64,000 bases of DNA from contig CP075496.1 in NCBI GenBank assembly GCA_021613535.1, positions 7,936,001-8,000,000 on the forward strand, given 5' to 3'. Position numbers and translations under genes: made by a program. Of the stretch, positions 39,526-55,203 are shown one piece after another. Source of the DNA: Adineta vaga. Its lineage: Eukaryota; Animalia; Rotifera. The notes beneath the pieces were generated by a model. The model made no database searches. It worked only from the letters and a program-made list of their open reading frames with translations, and was not told the origin of the DNA. Within the stretch, counting starts at the first letter, position 1. Each line of letters starts with the position of its first letter.

Positions 39526-39957
39526 AATATCGATAGATCAATAATCAGACTTGTCTATAACATTCGACAATAAATATGTCATATATATATATATATATGA
39601 AGAATTTATATTAAATAAAATATATTATTATGTTAAGTTTCAGTTGTAGGAAATTTATATGATCAGAACTTCGTTTTCTAATTCAGCATTAAGTTCTCAA
39701 TAACATTCGAATTCAACGATCAAAAATGTTCTATGAAACTGTTTCTTTTAGAATTCATGTTTCATTTGAACTTTTATAGATTTATCTCTAATCTGATCAA
39801 ATTAATCACGAGAAATCGATGCATTCAATTATTTATTATTATCTCGAAAAACCACACAAAAGAAAAAGAACCAAAATGATAATAATATAAATACACAATT
39901 ACAAAATGTTTCTTTCTATCTTCTTCGTATTGGCAAAAAATTTTCTAAGACAAATAG

Positions 39958-39978
39958 ACACACACACACACACACACA
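39958..39978. repeat. (CA)n microsatellite
   Basis: About 10 CA units just downstream of the NIPBL stop codon. Confidence 0.8.
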
Positions 39979-40055
39979 TCAATGTTCTACATGATATTCG
40001 ATACAAAAAGAGTATTGGTATTGATTGTTTATCTATACATATTTGTTCATTATTG

Positions 40056-43000
40056 CTAAAAGTCTTCATTAGCACTGTCATCATCCGAATCGATCATAAC
40101 TTTACGTCGTCTACTTGTTCTACTGCTTTTCTTTTTCCCTTTTGGTGTTGCTACGGATGCTGGCAATAATTCATTGATTGATTGAATTGTATCTTCAATA
40201 TCCGCATCAAATGCAAGTAAATAACGTTTAAAATCTGCAAATTCTTTTATAATTTGTCTACGTTTTTCAAAATTATCAGACGTATGTATTGGTTTAATTG
40301 CATCCAGAATAGCTTTGGGTTCAAATTTTACATTCATCTTTCGTGTTACTATTGGTCGATCAGTTACTTTACTTGATTCTGTATGGTCATACTCAATAAT
40401 TTTGGCATCATTTAAATAATAAATATCTTTTAAATAAGATTTTAATAATAACAATAACATTGTTGATCTTGTTAAAGATAAACATTGATTTAATTCAGTG
40501 AGGATTGTTTCAGGAACATCATATAATTTCTTCTCAATCTTACTCATATCGATACCTTCATCATCATCAGCATAATCGAAGTGTTGCTTTAATAGATCAC
40601 GAAATTGTTGTAATTGTGTTGAACCACTAACACTTATAGCAAGATCGATTTGTTCAACGATAAATAGTGGTTCATCTTGAACTTGATAAGGAAAATAAGC
40701 AAGATTGTCTGCAACGAATAATTGTTCTTCGAGTGTTAATGATGATGTATTCGTATCATTATCAAATAGCTTCAATAGTTGAGTTATTAATGCACGACGA
40801 TAAACACGAGAAGAACGAATCAATGAATAAAGAAAATGATTCACAGAACAGAATGGTAATTGATTATTATTCGTTGAACTAATTGGAACTTTTGTCATGC
40901 CTATTTAACAGATAAAGAATTAGTAAGTTTTTCTTCGCAACTTTCGAAATCTAGATATTTACCTCGAATAATATCTGCTTGTGGATCGACTGGTTGCTGA
41001 TTATTATTCTTTGGTATTAAAAGTAATTTTTGTAATTGATAACTCATTTTGAAGCCATGCATAACTTTCGTTTGGATAATTCCAGGATTTGTTTTATCTA
41101 AATCTTGTAAATTTTGTTCAGCACTTTGTTGAATATTTGTATCACGATCCGTAGTCATTGCAATAAGAAAAGGTATGAATTGAACAGGATGTACAAGACC
41201 TTGTTCTAATATACATGTGACTACTTTTCGAACACATTGACGAATGATTTCATCTTCACTTAAATATGTATCTAAGATAACACGTAAATAACATTGAGCT
41301 ATCGAACTAGCCATTTCCGAATGAACATCTGTTGTATCTTTGAGATTAGCACCAGTAATTCCATGAGTCTCGGTATTATGTTCATTTTCCTTGGAAGCTG
41401 TTGTTGTCGGTGTTGTTGTTGTTGTTGTTGCTGGTGTAGTTGTAGGTATGTGAAGATAATCAACATCTTGTTCAGCCATTCGACGAATACAATCACGAAA
41501 ATATTCTTCTAAATTAATTAAAACTTGACAACGTAATTGTGCTGCAGATGGACGACGATCAAGTAGATATGAATGATAAAGTTGACGAACTGTATCTTTG
41601 ACTAGATATTGACCGTAACGTTGAAGAAAATAACCGAGACCAACCAAAGATTTAAGTTTAACGACAGATTCAGGTCGTTGAATGAAAAATATAAATAATT
41701 GAAAAAGATCTTCAACTGAAAACTAAAACAAGAACAGAATTAATTATCTAAGGATCATCAACTCTATCGTTATATTTATAAACGAATTCTTTACCTGAAG
41801 ATCATCGTATTCACTTTTTTCTACATCAAAATATTTACATAAGACACCTAATATATAAATAGATCTTGCTAGTTGTGCACTTGATTTCACTTCTTCCTTT
41901 GGTTTTTCCATGATTTGTTCTTGACATTGAATTACAAATGCTAAAAGATTTACAAAAAAAAACAAAATTCAATTTTACTTCTTATTGTTTTTTTCTCTCG
42001 TTGAACTTACAATGATATCTCATGAAAACCTCTTTGACAAGTGGAAAATTTTTCGAAAGACGAATTGCAGCAGCTAAACAAGCAATACTTGAATGAATAA
42101 CTAATTGACCACTGACAAGTAATAATTTAGTTAAACTTCCTTCTAATGAATAGATAATACTTGATGAAGCTGATCTTACTAATGGAATAGTAAATTCCAA
42201 AGTTTTAGCTACATATTGAACAATAGCATTATCATTATAAGATGTACATTTAATATTTAAATATTCAACGATAGTTGATACATGTGGTAAAACATTTTCT
42301 GGCTTTGATTTGCCAAGTGCATACAATGCAATGAATATTGCTACCATTTTATTTGATGAAATCTTTTCGAAAAAAAGAAAAAGAAAAAGAAAGAATATAG
42401 TTTGGAATATGACAATATATTAAAAAGACTAACCTGATCATTGGCTGATTCAATTTTTAATATACATTCTATCAATTCATCAATTATATCTTGTATTGCT
42501 CTTAAAACATCTTTTCGTTGTTCAAGAAATTTTCGTTTCTCTTCACTCGATTGCTTTTCATTTGTATGAAGAAATTCTTTGACTAGACTTTCTAACCATG
42601 TATGATTTTGTTTTTGTGCATCGATTAAAACATCAATTATAATTTGAACACGTTGTCGAAGATCATATTGATTACGTGTTGGTGTAAACCAAATTTGTTG
42701 AAAGGTTTCAAGTACAACTTTACGAATTGATTCTTCATCGTGTATACGTCGTAATAGGCGAGAACAAATATCCGGTATACGAACAAAATTTGGTTGAGAT
42801 AAACAAACATCACGAAAGATTTTGACGACACGTTTACGAACACTAACACCTAAAAGACAATTCATTTATAGTTGATATTTCAAATAGAATTCTTCGTTTA
42901 CCTGTATCGATACTTCTTTCACAAAGTATATCATAATATTGTAAAATTAATTGTTGTTTTTGTACAATATATCTTCCAATAAGATCAATAGCTGCTTCTC

Positions 43001-46000
43001 GAACACTCACACTTTTATCTGTTAATCCAACTTGTACACATGATTTTATATCATTTCTTCCTAAGATTGTTGGATCAGCTTCGACAACTGTACATAAACA
43101 TTTCATAGCTTTACTTCGAATATTTGTTCCTGCTTCAGATTGAAATACTGCAGCTAATTGTTTTAAATAGACATCAAATGTCTTTAAAAATGGTCGATTC
43201 AATGTTAAATAACGCATTAATAAACAAATATCATCATAATCAATATCTGATATATATCGTTGTTGTTTACGAATAATAATTGGTAATGTAATCATTTTAA
43301 GTATCGTGATTTTTTCCGTTTTTTTTAATTCAATTTCATCGGTTATCGATATGGTTGGATCCATTTTCTTTCGATTCATTGATTCATCCATTTCATCATC
43401 AACTAATTCAGCATGTACTGTCGTAGGTTTTGTTCGTCGTGTTACTGTTTGCGTTAAACGTTCAATTGTTAGATTTACATCACGAAGCCATTGACCAATA
43501 TGAAACATTTTTGAAAACTAATAAAGAACAAATAAAAGAAATGATAATTTCGATTATTTTTTATGCAAACTTACATGACATGTTGGTTCACTTTGACTAA
43601 ATTCATTCAAATAAATAATTAAACTACGATGATAACGTAATGGATCAGTTCTATAGATTTCTAAAACATCTTCATCTGTATCAACAATTGTTAAAGTCTA
43701 ATCAATATAAAATCTATAGATAAAAATCTTTAAAGAAAAAATCTTTCCTACTTTATTCATGACTCGATCAAGTCGTTCTTGATTTTCACGAGAATTTAAA
43801 ACATCTAATTCAATCGTATCTTTTCTTAATTGTGCAGCAACAGATCCTAAATAATCTAATGATTGTAAACGTATTTGTATTGGTACTGATGTATTCGAAA
43901 AATTCTTCATTAAAATTCGTGATAATAATGTGAGAAGAATTTCCGATGCTGGCCATTCTGGTCGATTAGCCGTAGTAAGTAAATCAGCTAAGAAATTTTC
44001 GAAAATAATTCGATAATCATCTTCACCATGTTTGGTTCCACATGAACGAAAGAATAATGTTAAGAATTTAAATGCTATATTCTGTGCAGTTGAATATGTA
44101 TTTGATAGATGTAATTCATTTACTGTATCAGTAATATTAGCATTGATTGTTGACACAGGTGAATGAATTAAATGCATAATTAATGCAGTAAACATTTGAA
44201 TTGATTCACCGGATTGTAAACGATAACATCGAAGACTTTTTTTACTTGTTGGCAAACGTACAATTGACAGAAGAATATCGTCAAGAATTGAATCACGATG
44301 ATATTCATAACGAGAAAATAATTCCGGAAGAATATTTAATGAATGTGCTTGCAAATCAAAAATATTTTCAACGTAAATACAACTAACTGTAAATGAAGAG
44401 ATCTAAAGAGAAGAGAAGAAAACAGAATATTCTATTTGTTAATATGAAACAAGAACTTACGGCAAGAACAATTGTATCAGTAAATTTTCCTAATGGCATT
44501 AAATCTACAATGCCTTGAAATAATGATACAATCTTATTGTAAAGTAATTGCACTTGTTTACATTTTGCTCCCGTTACTTTTGATCGTTTTTGTTTCGTAA
44601 CATGAGGATCTATTAAACAAAATTTCCAATCAATATTCTATTCATTGGAATCTTATTTTTTACCTTTGGCTTGATTATCACTTCGATACAACGGATCATA
44701 TTCGGGAAAGATTATTTTTGATAATTGTGATTTGATAAATAATGCAGTATATTCAATAACATTTTCAACAAGAATTTCTTTTGACATATTAGGAGTTGTC
44801 ATAATATTTAAAGCAATTTCACATGCATTTGCACACATATTTAATCGTTCAAATACTAGATCTCGCCATACACGTTCTTCTTGTTCTGTTTCTTTTATTT
44901 CATCACTAAGATCATGTTTCAATATTGGACTTAATTCAATACCTTGTTTAATACGTAATGATAAAATTTCTAATAAACGTTTTAATTTTGTTGCATCAAC
45001 TCGTGAAAGGTACGTTGAAAGTTTCAATTTTTCAGATAAAGTTGCCATTTCATCTAATGTATTATCAGATAATAATAAATCAAGATAATGATCATCCGGT
45101 GTTTCTTCAACTTCATCATGATGACGTTCGTAATCGTCATTAAATGTATTCAATAATTTCATAAAACGTTTATAAGAAGTATTCTCATGTGGATTAGCAT
45201 CAATATCTAATGCTTTATGTGCTAAACGATCACGAGTCTTTTTTTGAAATGCACTCATAGCATCATTAGCAATATTTGGATTGAATGTTTTTTCACCTAT
45301 ACGACGTATACGTTTTCTTAATGGTTGATCTTCATCATCATAATCTCGATCATCATCTTCTGTTGATTGTTTTCGTTGACGTTTTTTCTTCGGAGATGGA
45401 TTTAACGAAGTTGTACTACTGTTATTAGAACGACGTGGGCGACTTTCACGGTCTGCATTCTCTCGAGATAATTTTCGAACTAAATCTGGTGTTAATTCTG
45501 GTGGAAATAGATCTAAATTAAATAATTGAAAAACATGAGAATAATGCGATGATGTTAGTTGAAGATATTCAATATTCTTACCTGGATCATCAAATTGTAT
45601 TTTATGAATGATAATACGAGGCTTTTCAAAGATTTCTTCGTCTTCTCCTGTTCCTTCTGTGTCAGCTGAAATTACAATGAAATATATATTATCAATGAAA
45701 TATCTTTTTTATTGACGTACTTGATTTTCTCGGCCTATCTTCACCAGAATCATTAGCAACCGTTAACAACAAATTTTTGCCTGTAAATGCATATAAGGAT
45801 TTCTTTTCAGTCTAAAATATTAAAGAAAACAGCTTTATTCGATACCATTATTTTCATCCGTGTATTATTACGCGATATATAATTTAATAACTAACCTTTG
45901 TGTCGTTGGTTGAGTTATGTGGTGATGTATTTGCTGATAACTGTGAAGAATCATGAGATAGAAGAGGTGATGTTTGACATTCAGAAGATTGATCTTTTTC

Positions 46001-46515
46001 AGATGGTGATGGTAAAAATCCCCAAACACCTATCGATAGAAGTTTTTAAAAATGATCTGAATTATCATCAATAAAAAAATGTTTAAATCTTACCTAATGG
46101 ACTAACTTGTTCTTGTTCTTCAATATCGTGATTGCCATTGGGTGAATTTTTATAGTGAATATAATTATTTGTAGATGATCTAAATTCAAAAGAAATAAGA
46201 AGAATTTAGTGACTTAAATTATGATGATCCTAACAAATAGTTCAAGTCTATATTTACATACATTGTTGTATTCGCTACAATTGAAAGTTTATTGGCAAGT
46301 TGTTGTGCTAATGGGCCATCACGACGATTGAGTGATGTAGATGAATTTTCATTTGTATTACTATCGTCATTACATTCCATATTTGAATTATTTACTGATG
46401 ATTTATGTACAACTATTTTGAAATGAAAAAAAACAACAACAAGATAAATGTTTTTATTTCTTTATTTATTGCAGAACTACGAACAGTCATTCACAGACCC
46501 AGTTGTTGGATCCAT
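40056..46515 (-). CDS. NIPBL: Cohesin loader Nipped-B-like / Scc2, multi-exon
   Basis: IIFPEYDPLYR, FENFLADLLTTANRPEWPASEILL, IRSKAMKCLCTVVEADPTIL, VSVREAAIDLIGRY, DTGVSVRKRVVKIFRDVC, QGLVHPVQFIPFLIAMTTD, ADNLAYFPYQVQDEPLFI. Confidence 0.95.
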
Positions 46516-47587
46516 CTACTATTTTCTGTTCCTTCGAAAGAAGAATGCGAACAAAGGAAACACTTTTGAACGAATCAGATGATTGAACACAAACAAATGG
46601 ACATGTGCGTGTATGCTAAGGAAAAGAGTGAACGAATCAATTGCTATATTCCGATTATACTCTCGTCCTTTTTGTATATATGTATATGACCAATAGAAAA
46701 CACTGCGTACACAAGGAATATAAAAAATCAAATCTAATGAACTGCCCTCTTCCGAAATCAAGTATCTAAAGATACGAGACATTTTATCGATTTATTTGTA
46801 ATTACAATTACAAAAGTGATAATAATGAGTTTTTTTTCTTCAGTTCAGTTTTGTAAACAATCAACTCGATGTTCGTATTAAAGATAAAAGATTTAAAGAA
46901 AAACTTTTACGAACTTATTCACCTTGTATCTTGATTTGAAGTACTATAACATTGCTTGTTAAAAGGACGAAGATAAAATATGCAAAAGTACCTTTTATTA
47001 TTTTTCAATTTCTTCAAGCATACTCAATTTATATGCGAAGTTGTTGATCGAATTGCTTCTATGTTCTTGATTATATATTTTAAAACTCAATTGTCAGTAC
47101 ATAGTTCAAGACTGAATTCGTCTTTGTCAACAACATTTATTGGTAATATTAACTCTCATCGAGAAAGTACAGGAAAGCAATGATCATTTTCTTGAATTGT
47201 CACTTATGAATTTTGGCTTTTCATTTTCTAATAGTATTTTTATAAAAGTTAATAATGAATGAAACATTATGATTATACTGTAAGCGTTCGAATGAAATCA
47301 AATACAAAGAAAGTTGAGTTATCAGGCTTCGAATTTTTATCAAACAAGGCTTCTCTGAATATAAATTCGATTGAAATAAACGATAATCATTTTCATATCT
47401 TGAATTTTCTCTACAAACAATTGTACAACAAAATATGAAACACATATTGTCACGCAACATTCGGTTTATTTACAACTTGTATCAACAATATTTTGTTACC
47501 ATTTAGATAATTCATTAATGAATTGATTTCATGTTCGACGAGCGAGTTGATAGATCACTACAGCTGCGGATCGTTCTGTTTCTGGTA

Positions 47588-48900
47588 TTATCGGGCTGCC
47601 GGTAGCTCGAAATCCAAAGTAACCTTGTGTACGGGGCGTAACCTGAAATAAAAAGATCAAGTAAATAAATAACTTCATTGATTATTATTCATTTTATGAG
47701 TTAGATTAGTTTTCTCAAACAAATATTTTATTCATACCTCATGATCACTAATTAGATGATAAAAAATAGAAGACAGATATGAATCTTTGTAATCAATTAG
47801 AAGACAACAAAGAAGAATGAATACCTTTTCTGTTGTCGTCCATCGATAAAATAAACTTTTGATTGATTATGTATTGATAATTTCTTACGATTGTCATAGG
47901 AAGGTTCGATAGAATTAATACTATTTAAATATTGAAATGATGTAGAATTTATCGCTGGTAAAGCTAGTGGTTGTTGTAGACCAGGACGATTTGTTCGCAG
48001 ATGTTGATTATTTCGAAGTGAAATCGTTGGTAGATGTGGATGACTCGATGCATGATTGTTATCAATATGATCGGGCAGATCATCGACTGATTTTGAAATT
48101 CCACGTGATTGTACTGACAGATTAGTTGTTGAGAATTCAGTTCGATCTCGAGCTGTATTACTACCTGTTGCTCCACTACTTGCATCATAGACTGAAATTT
48201 GATCATCTTCAAGATATTGTATTCGTTCTAATGATGAAGTTGATAAGGATATAGGATGAGGCATTGAACGAGAACTTAATAGATAACCTTTTTGTTTACG
48301 ATAATCTTCAATATAGGATCGTTTCGATGGATGAAATTTAAATTTTGTATGATGATCATTCAATGTGGAATAATATTTCGGTGAAAACAAGTACGAATTT
48401 TTAGTATTACGAAAGTTTTTTGACGTTTGAAGTAAATCATTTCCTTCCGAACGAATATAATTTATTGATATATCTGGCCACGGACCGATACGATCAATAG
48501 TAGCTTGAAGAGTTTGTGGATTATCTGATAGAGAACCATGACGTTTAGCGGTTGCATGATTTAATGCCGTTGGAACGAGAGAATGAATGGGCTGTGATCC
48601 GTGATGAATACGTGGTGGTTGTAAAGTTTGTAGACCGAGAAGTGACGGTCGTTGATTACTACAACGTAATAAGTCGCGTTTCAACAATTTTTCAGTTTTC
48701 AATACTGCACTAGGTTTTAAACATGAGGTCTGCGCATGTGATTGAGTCGTTTCTGTATCTACATTAACCGTATTATTCGATAAAGGAATACGATCATAGT
48801 CATGTGGAGTAGATGTACGTTTCGTTTGAGTTTGAGTTGGAAATGAACGTTGTTGAGAATGCTTATTAGATAGCGATCGTTTCGCTATTTTAGGCTTCAT
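47588..48900 (-). CDS. Uncharacterised low-complexity (Ser/Thr/Asn-rich) protein, 2 exons
   Basis: Long ORF (about 360 codons) with donor at about 47823 splicing to a last exon LRPVHKVTLDFELPAAR*; no recognised domain. Confidence 0.6.
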
Positions 48901-49541
48901 TTCATAAACACGTACAGTCAAAAACAAGTCTCTTATCGAAAACTTCTAGCCTTTTAACTGTTAGAGAATAAATGAGCGAGGGAGAGAAAGAGGTACGGCT
49001 GCTACTGTTGTTTACATTAGCAATACCTTTGCTCGTTTTGCTACTGCTGTCGTTGTTCTTATTGAATCAGTCAAAACGAAACAAACGGGAGAAAGGAGAG
49101 TGCGAGAGAATAAAGCCGATTATATAAAACAATTTTTCTCGAACACGCAACCAAATCTTTCTGACTATATACTCAGTTGTTAAACGTAGTAGAAAAAAAA
49201 GTTGACATATTTTTTTCTTTTTTGAACTAATTTACTAGTTTTTGTAAAATCTAGACCCGTAAAAATAATTAATCTCTTTCCTTGCAATTGCAATATTTAT
49301 TTTGAAATTCCGAGAAAAGTTGTTCAATGATCATCATTGTGTGACATCTGTTATTTTTTACAAAGTAATACAAGGAGGTTGTTGCTCACACTTTTGAAAA
49401 TGAAATGATTGTAAATGGCGATCGATGTTTTTATTTTACTATTTTAATATGAAAAAAATAATTTAATTCAGTTAATACAGCATATATATTCAGTGATAAT
49501 TTGGTTCTGATATCAGTTAATTAAATATTGTAGATTGAACA

Positions 49542-51717
49542 ATGCCGAAAAAGGGCAAAGGAAAAAAAGGTGGAAAGGGAAAGAAAGGTAAAGGGTGAGT
49601 ATAAAATTTATTTCTGAAAGAAGAATTTACTAAAAATTTTTATTCTTTGAAGAAAAAAGAAGAAAAATGATTCGCCTATCAAAATGGCTGCACGTAATGC
49701 ATTGTTATGGAAAGTTCGACTTAATGTAGCAGATTCATCACAGAAACAATATCGGTTTGAAACGATAATTTTCGATTTATTGATTGATTGATTATCCATT
49801 TATTTATTTTTCTATTATAATAGAGAATTCGTTGGAAATTTGAATACTGAAAATGAAACATTACGTGATCAAATGCGACAAACAGAAAAAGATACACTTG
49901 ATGTAATATCATTTTTAAAAAAACAAGATATTGAGAAAGATGTTGAGGTAAAATTCTTCTTATTACTCCGATCATCTTGATTAACTTTCTTTATAAATCA
50001 ATAGATTGAACGACTTCAACAAGAAATCAAAGATCTTCAAGTTGATAATGTCAAAGAAACAGATGAATTAGTATGTATAGAACTATATAGTCATATTTTT
50101 TTTCTAAACTATTCATTGTGTTCTTTTTTCTTCGCAGACGAATGATTTCAAACAACAAAAACGTTATTTAGATGAAAAGTTAGCTCGAAAAGAAAGTGAA
50201 TTGGATATTGTTCGGCATGAACTTAATCAAATAAAAGACTTTCGAAAACGAAAAGATCAAATGCAAAAAGAACTCGATGAAGTATCTATACACTGATCAA
50301 TTATTGATTGACTTTTCTCTAAGAATTAATTTTCGTTTAGATTAAACAAGCGATGATCTATAACGAACGTGAACAGAAAGAATCATTAGAAAGACAAGAA
50401 CGAAAATTTTCCGAAGAAAAACAACGTTTACATCAAGAATGTAATAAGAAAATCGAAGAAATTGCTGAACATGCACAAGATGAAGCGATCAAGTATGAAA
50501 AATAAAGAATGTATCTATTATGATTGATTTTCTGATCGTTTTGTAGAACTTTAGATGAAAATGGTCGAAGTGTTTTCAAAGAAAATGTTGGTCTTATTAA
50601 ATCTTTACATATTTACAAACAAGAATTAGCAGATTTACAACAAATGAGAGAACAACTAATTAAACAAGCAAGTATTGTGACTGATGATAAAGATATCAAT
50701 GATACATTAATGAAAGAAAAAGTTGAACAAGTACAAAAACGAAATAAAAAAATAAAAGAAGTAAGAAAGATAGATAGATGAATGAATGATGACATTATTT
50801 CTCTTTTATTTTTAGTTAAAAGAAAAAATTCAATCTTTAGAAATCTCATTGACTCAATTTATTGAAGAATTCAATGTAGAACGACGACAACTTTTAGAAC
50901 AATCACAGATTGAACAAGAATCATCTCAAAATGAAATCATTAAATTACAACGTGCATTAGAATTAAAAGGAAAAGAAATGAATAAAGTCAAGAAATTAGG
51001 TAAAACAATTCTTCAACAACGATCAGAATTAGAGAATATGTTTTTGAATGCCTTACAACATGTTAAACGACAGATTGTCTATGAACGTTTACAATATCCA
51101 AAAATTGAGTTAAGTCCAAGTGAAAATCGAATAGTAACTGTCTATCAAGGACAAGAAGATTCAACACGAATGGCAACATTAAGCGAGTTTAATACAAATG
51201 GTGCTCCGCATGGATTGGATGAAGAAACAAAATGGTAGGTTTTGATTGATAGATAGATAAAATATCAATTGTCAATGATGATCATCATTTTTTAGGGTAA
51301 ATCAGACTGCTGAATTGTCTTCTACTGATTTAACATGGGAACAAAAAGAACAAGTACTTCGAGAATTATTTATTCGAATGAATGCAAAAAAAACTCACAT
51401 GATGTTAGACACAAGAAGTAATACGTAAGATAATTTCACATTTTTATCTAATCCAATATTTCTAAACTCATTTTTCTCATAGTGAACATTCAATTCATGA
51501 TGATAATACAGGTGATAGTACGACAAATGTCTTCGTCACTCAAACCGATAGTATAATTCCTAATGAAAGTGCATCAAATTCAAGAAGTAATATCAGTACT
51601 TCAGCTGTACCAAAACTACCACAAATCTGTCACCAACAATCACATAAATGTTCGAGCTTTACGTTTATTTCTAAGATATTTATTTTGTATATCGTGTTTT
51701 TTTCTAAAGTAGTCTGA
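49542..51717 (+). CDS. BBOF1: Basal body orientation factor 1 (CCDC176) homolog, multi-exon
   Basis: MPKKGKGKKGGKGKK start, NALLWKVRL, EKDTLDVISFLKKQD, long coiled coil, ILQQRSELENMFLNAL, DLTWEQKEQVLRELFIRMN. Confidence 0.85.
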
Positions 51718-52146
51718 AAAACTACATGCATGTATTTTATTGAAAAGCAAAAGAAAGTTATACAAATAAGAACGAAAGAGATAATGAACAATGATTTTCA
51801 AGACTTCTTTTTTATTCATATCAATACGTTTTCAAACAGAAGATTATTATAAAAATTGACCAATGCTCGTTCTTTCTGTTTTTTCTCTCTCTTCTCTCAT
51901 TTGTTTTTCATATGAAACAATAATAATAATAATAGTATAGATGCTGAATCTGATTAGTAGATAAACGTGTTAACATTGAATAAAAAAAGAAAAGAAAAAA
52001 CAACTCTCCAAAAGGAGCTGATAAGTTTTAAAACAAATATCATTCGCCTGATTTCTGAATGAAATATAAAAAGAAGCAAAAAAACGAACCCAGGAAAAGA
52101 TATGTGATAAACTTTATGTGTATATGTTCTTTTCATTTGAAATCAA

Positions 52147-53879
<1,733 letters not shown>

Positions 53880-54099
53880 TTATCTTTAAAGAGAAAAATA
53901 TTGTAATGAAATTATTGATTTATGATATCAATTCAGTCTTATACTATTCTCGATCATGTAAACGTGATGTAACTATAAAAAATACGAAGTTTGAGTCATG
54001 AGTTATGCATTTTTTTTGTTCTCGTACCATCTGTTACTACCTTAGATATTCTAAAATTATAATTAATATCATACGATCAAAAATGAAGTGAATATAAAC

Positions 54100-54107
54100 T
54101 GACGTCA
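54100..54107. promoter_or_regulatory. Palindromic CRE TGACGTCA (plus AP-1-like TGAGTCA at 53992-53998) upstream of TDO
   Basis: Perfect motifs within about 220 bp of the TDO ATG. Confidence 0.35.
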
Positions 54108-54737
54108 TTTTAACAAACGAAAAAGAAAAAGACCTTGAAAGTATACGAAAAAAGAAGCAGAAGAATGGTATCATATGTATATATTCTTAAGTGTGTAGTA
54201 AATATATACAGAGCAGAAAAATGTGTTTCGCAGGCCTTAGAGCTATAGACTATTCGAAATATTTATTTTTTCTTTTCTCTTACATTCGTTTCGACAGTCG
54301 TATAGGACTATTTCATTGGAATTGCTTCAATATTTATTTTGTTCTCCTACTGAATAAAAATTAGACTTATACAAAGAATACATGCAGCTGTGACTGTTCT
54401 GATTTTCATCATGGGGACATTCTTTGATTTTATGAAAAACGAAATAGAAGTGATTAAAAACATATATTTACGTATTTTAAGAATGTATATCGACATGATT
54501 GAATGAGAAATTTCTTATTTTCTACTTTGCTTAGCTATGTTTAGTCGACACACCCACTTTTCTTCATCCTTTTAATTGAAGGGAAAAAAACAATCCATTC
54601 TCGAGACTGAGTATCTAGTAAAAATGATTCAATACATTAATCGTATCCGAAGAAAAACAGATAAATTAGATGATTTTAAGTTTACCTTTGCATATAGGAA
54701 AGAAAGAATAGATTGATAATCAAAAATGTGATATCGA

Positions 54738-54760
54738 TATATATATATATATATATATAT
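54738..54760. repeat. (TA)n microsatellite
   Basis: About 11 TA units; similar runs at about 6602-6620, 39581-39598 and 60388-60406. Confidence 0.8.
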
Positions 54761-55203
54761 GTCAATCATCTATGTAAGGTGACAATTCAATGAAGCATAA
54801 CAAAGTATCTTCACAGAATAATCAATGATTGTCAAAAAAATAATCTTGATCACAAATGAGTATAGATATTTTAAGAATTTCATATATTTATATATCATAA
54901 ACAACGATGAGTGTATATAGTTTGGAATTGCCATAAAGATATTTGAAAAAAAAAACAAAAAAAAAACTGTATTGAGTTAAGATCGTTCGAATTACAATCG
55001 GAAAGAAGAATGAATCGATCGTCTGTACTTGCAACATTCTCCTAATGAAAATAAAATAAAAGGAAAGAGTGAACTATTTAAAATACGCACAAACAACATC
55101 ACCATCGAAAAAAAAGAAGAAGAGAAAACGAATAAATAAGCAAACTAGAATTGCCTTTTTTTTCAATTGTAAAGTGAAAAAGAAGAAAACAGAATTGAAT
55201 AAT

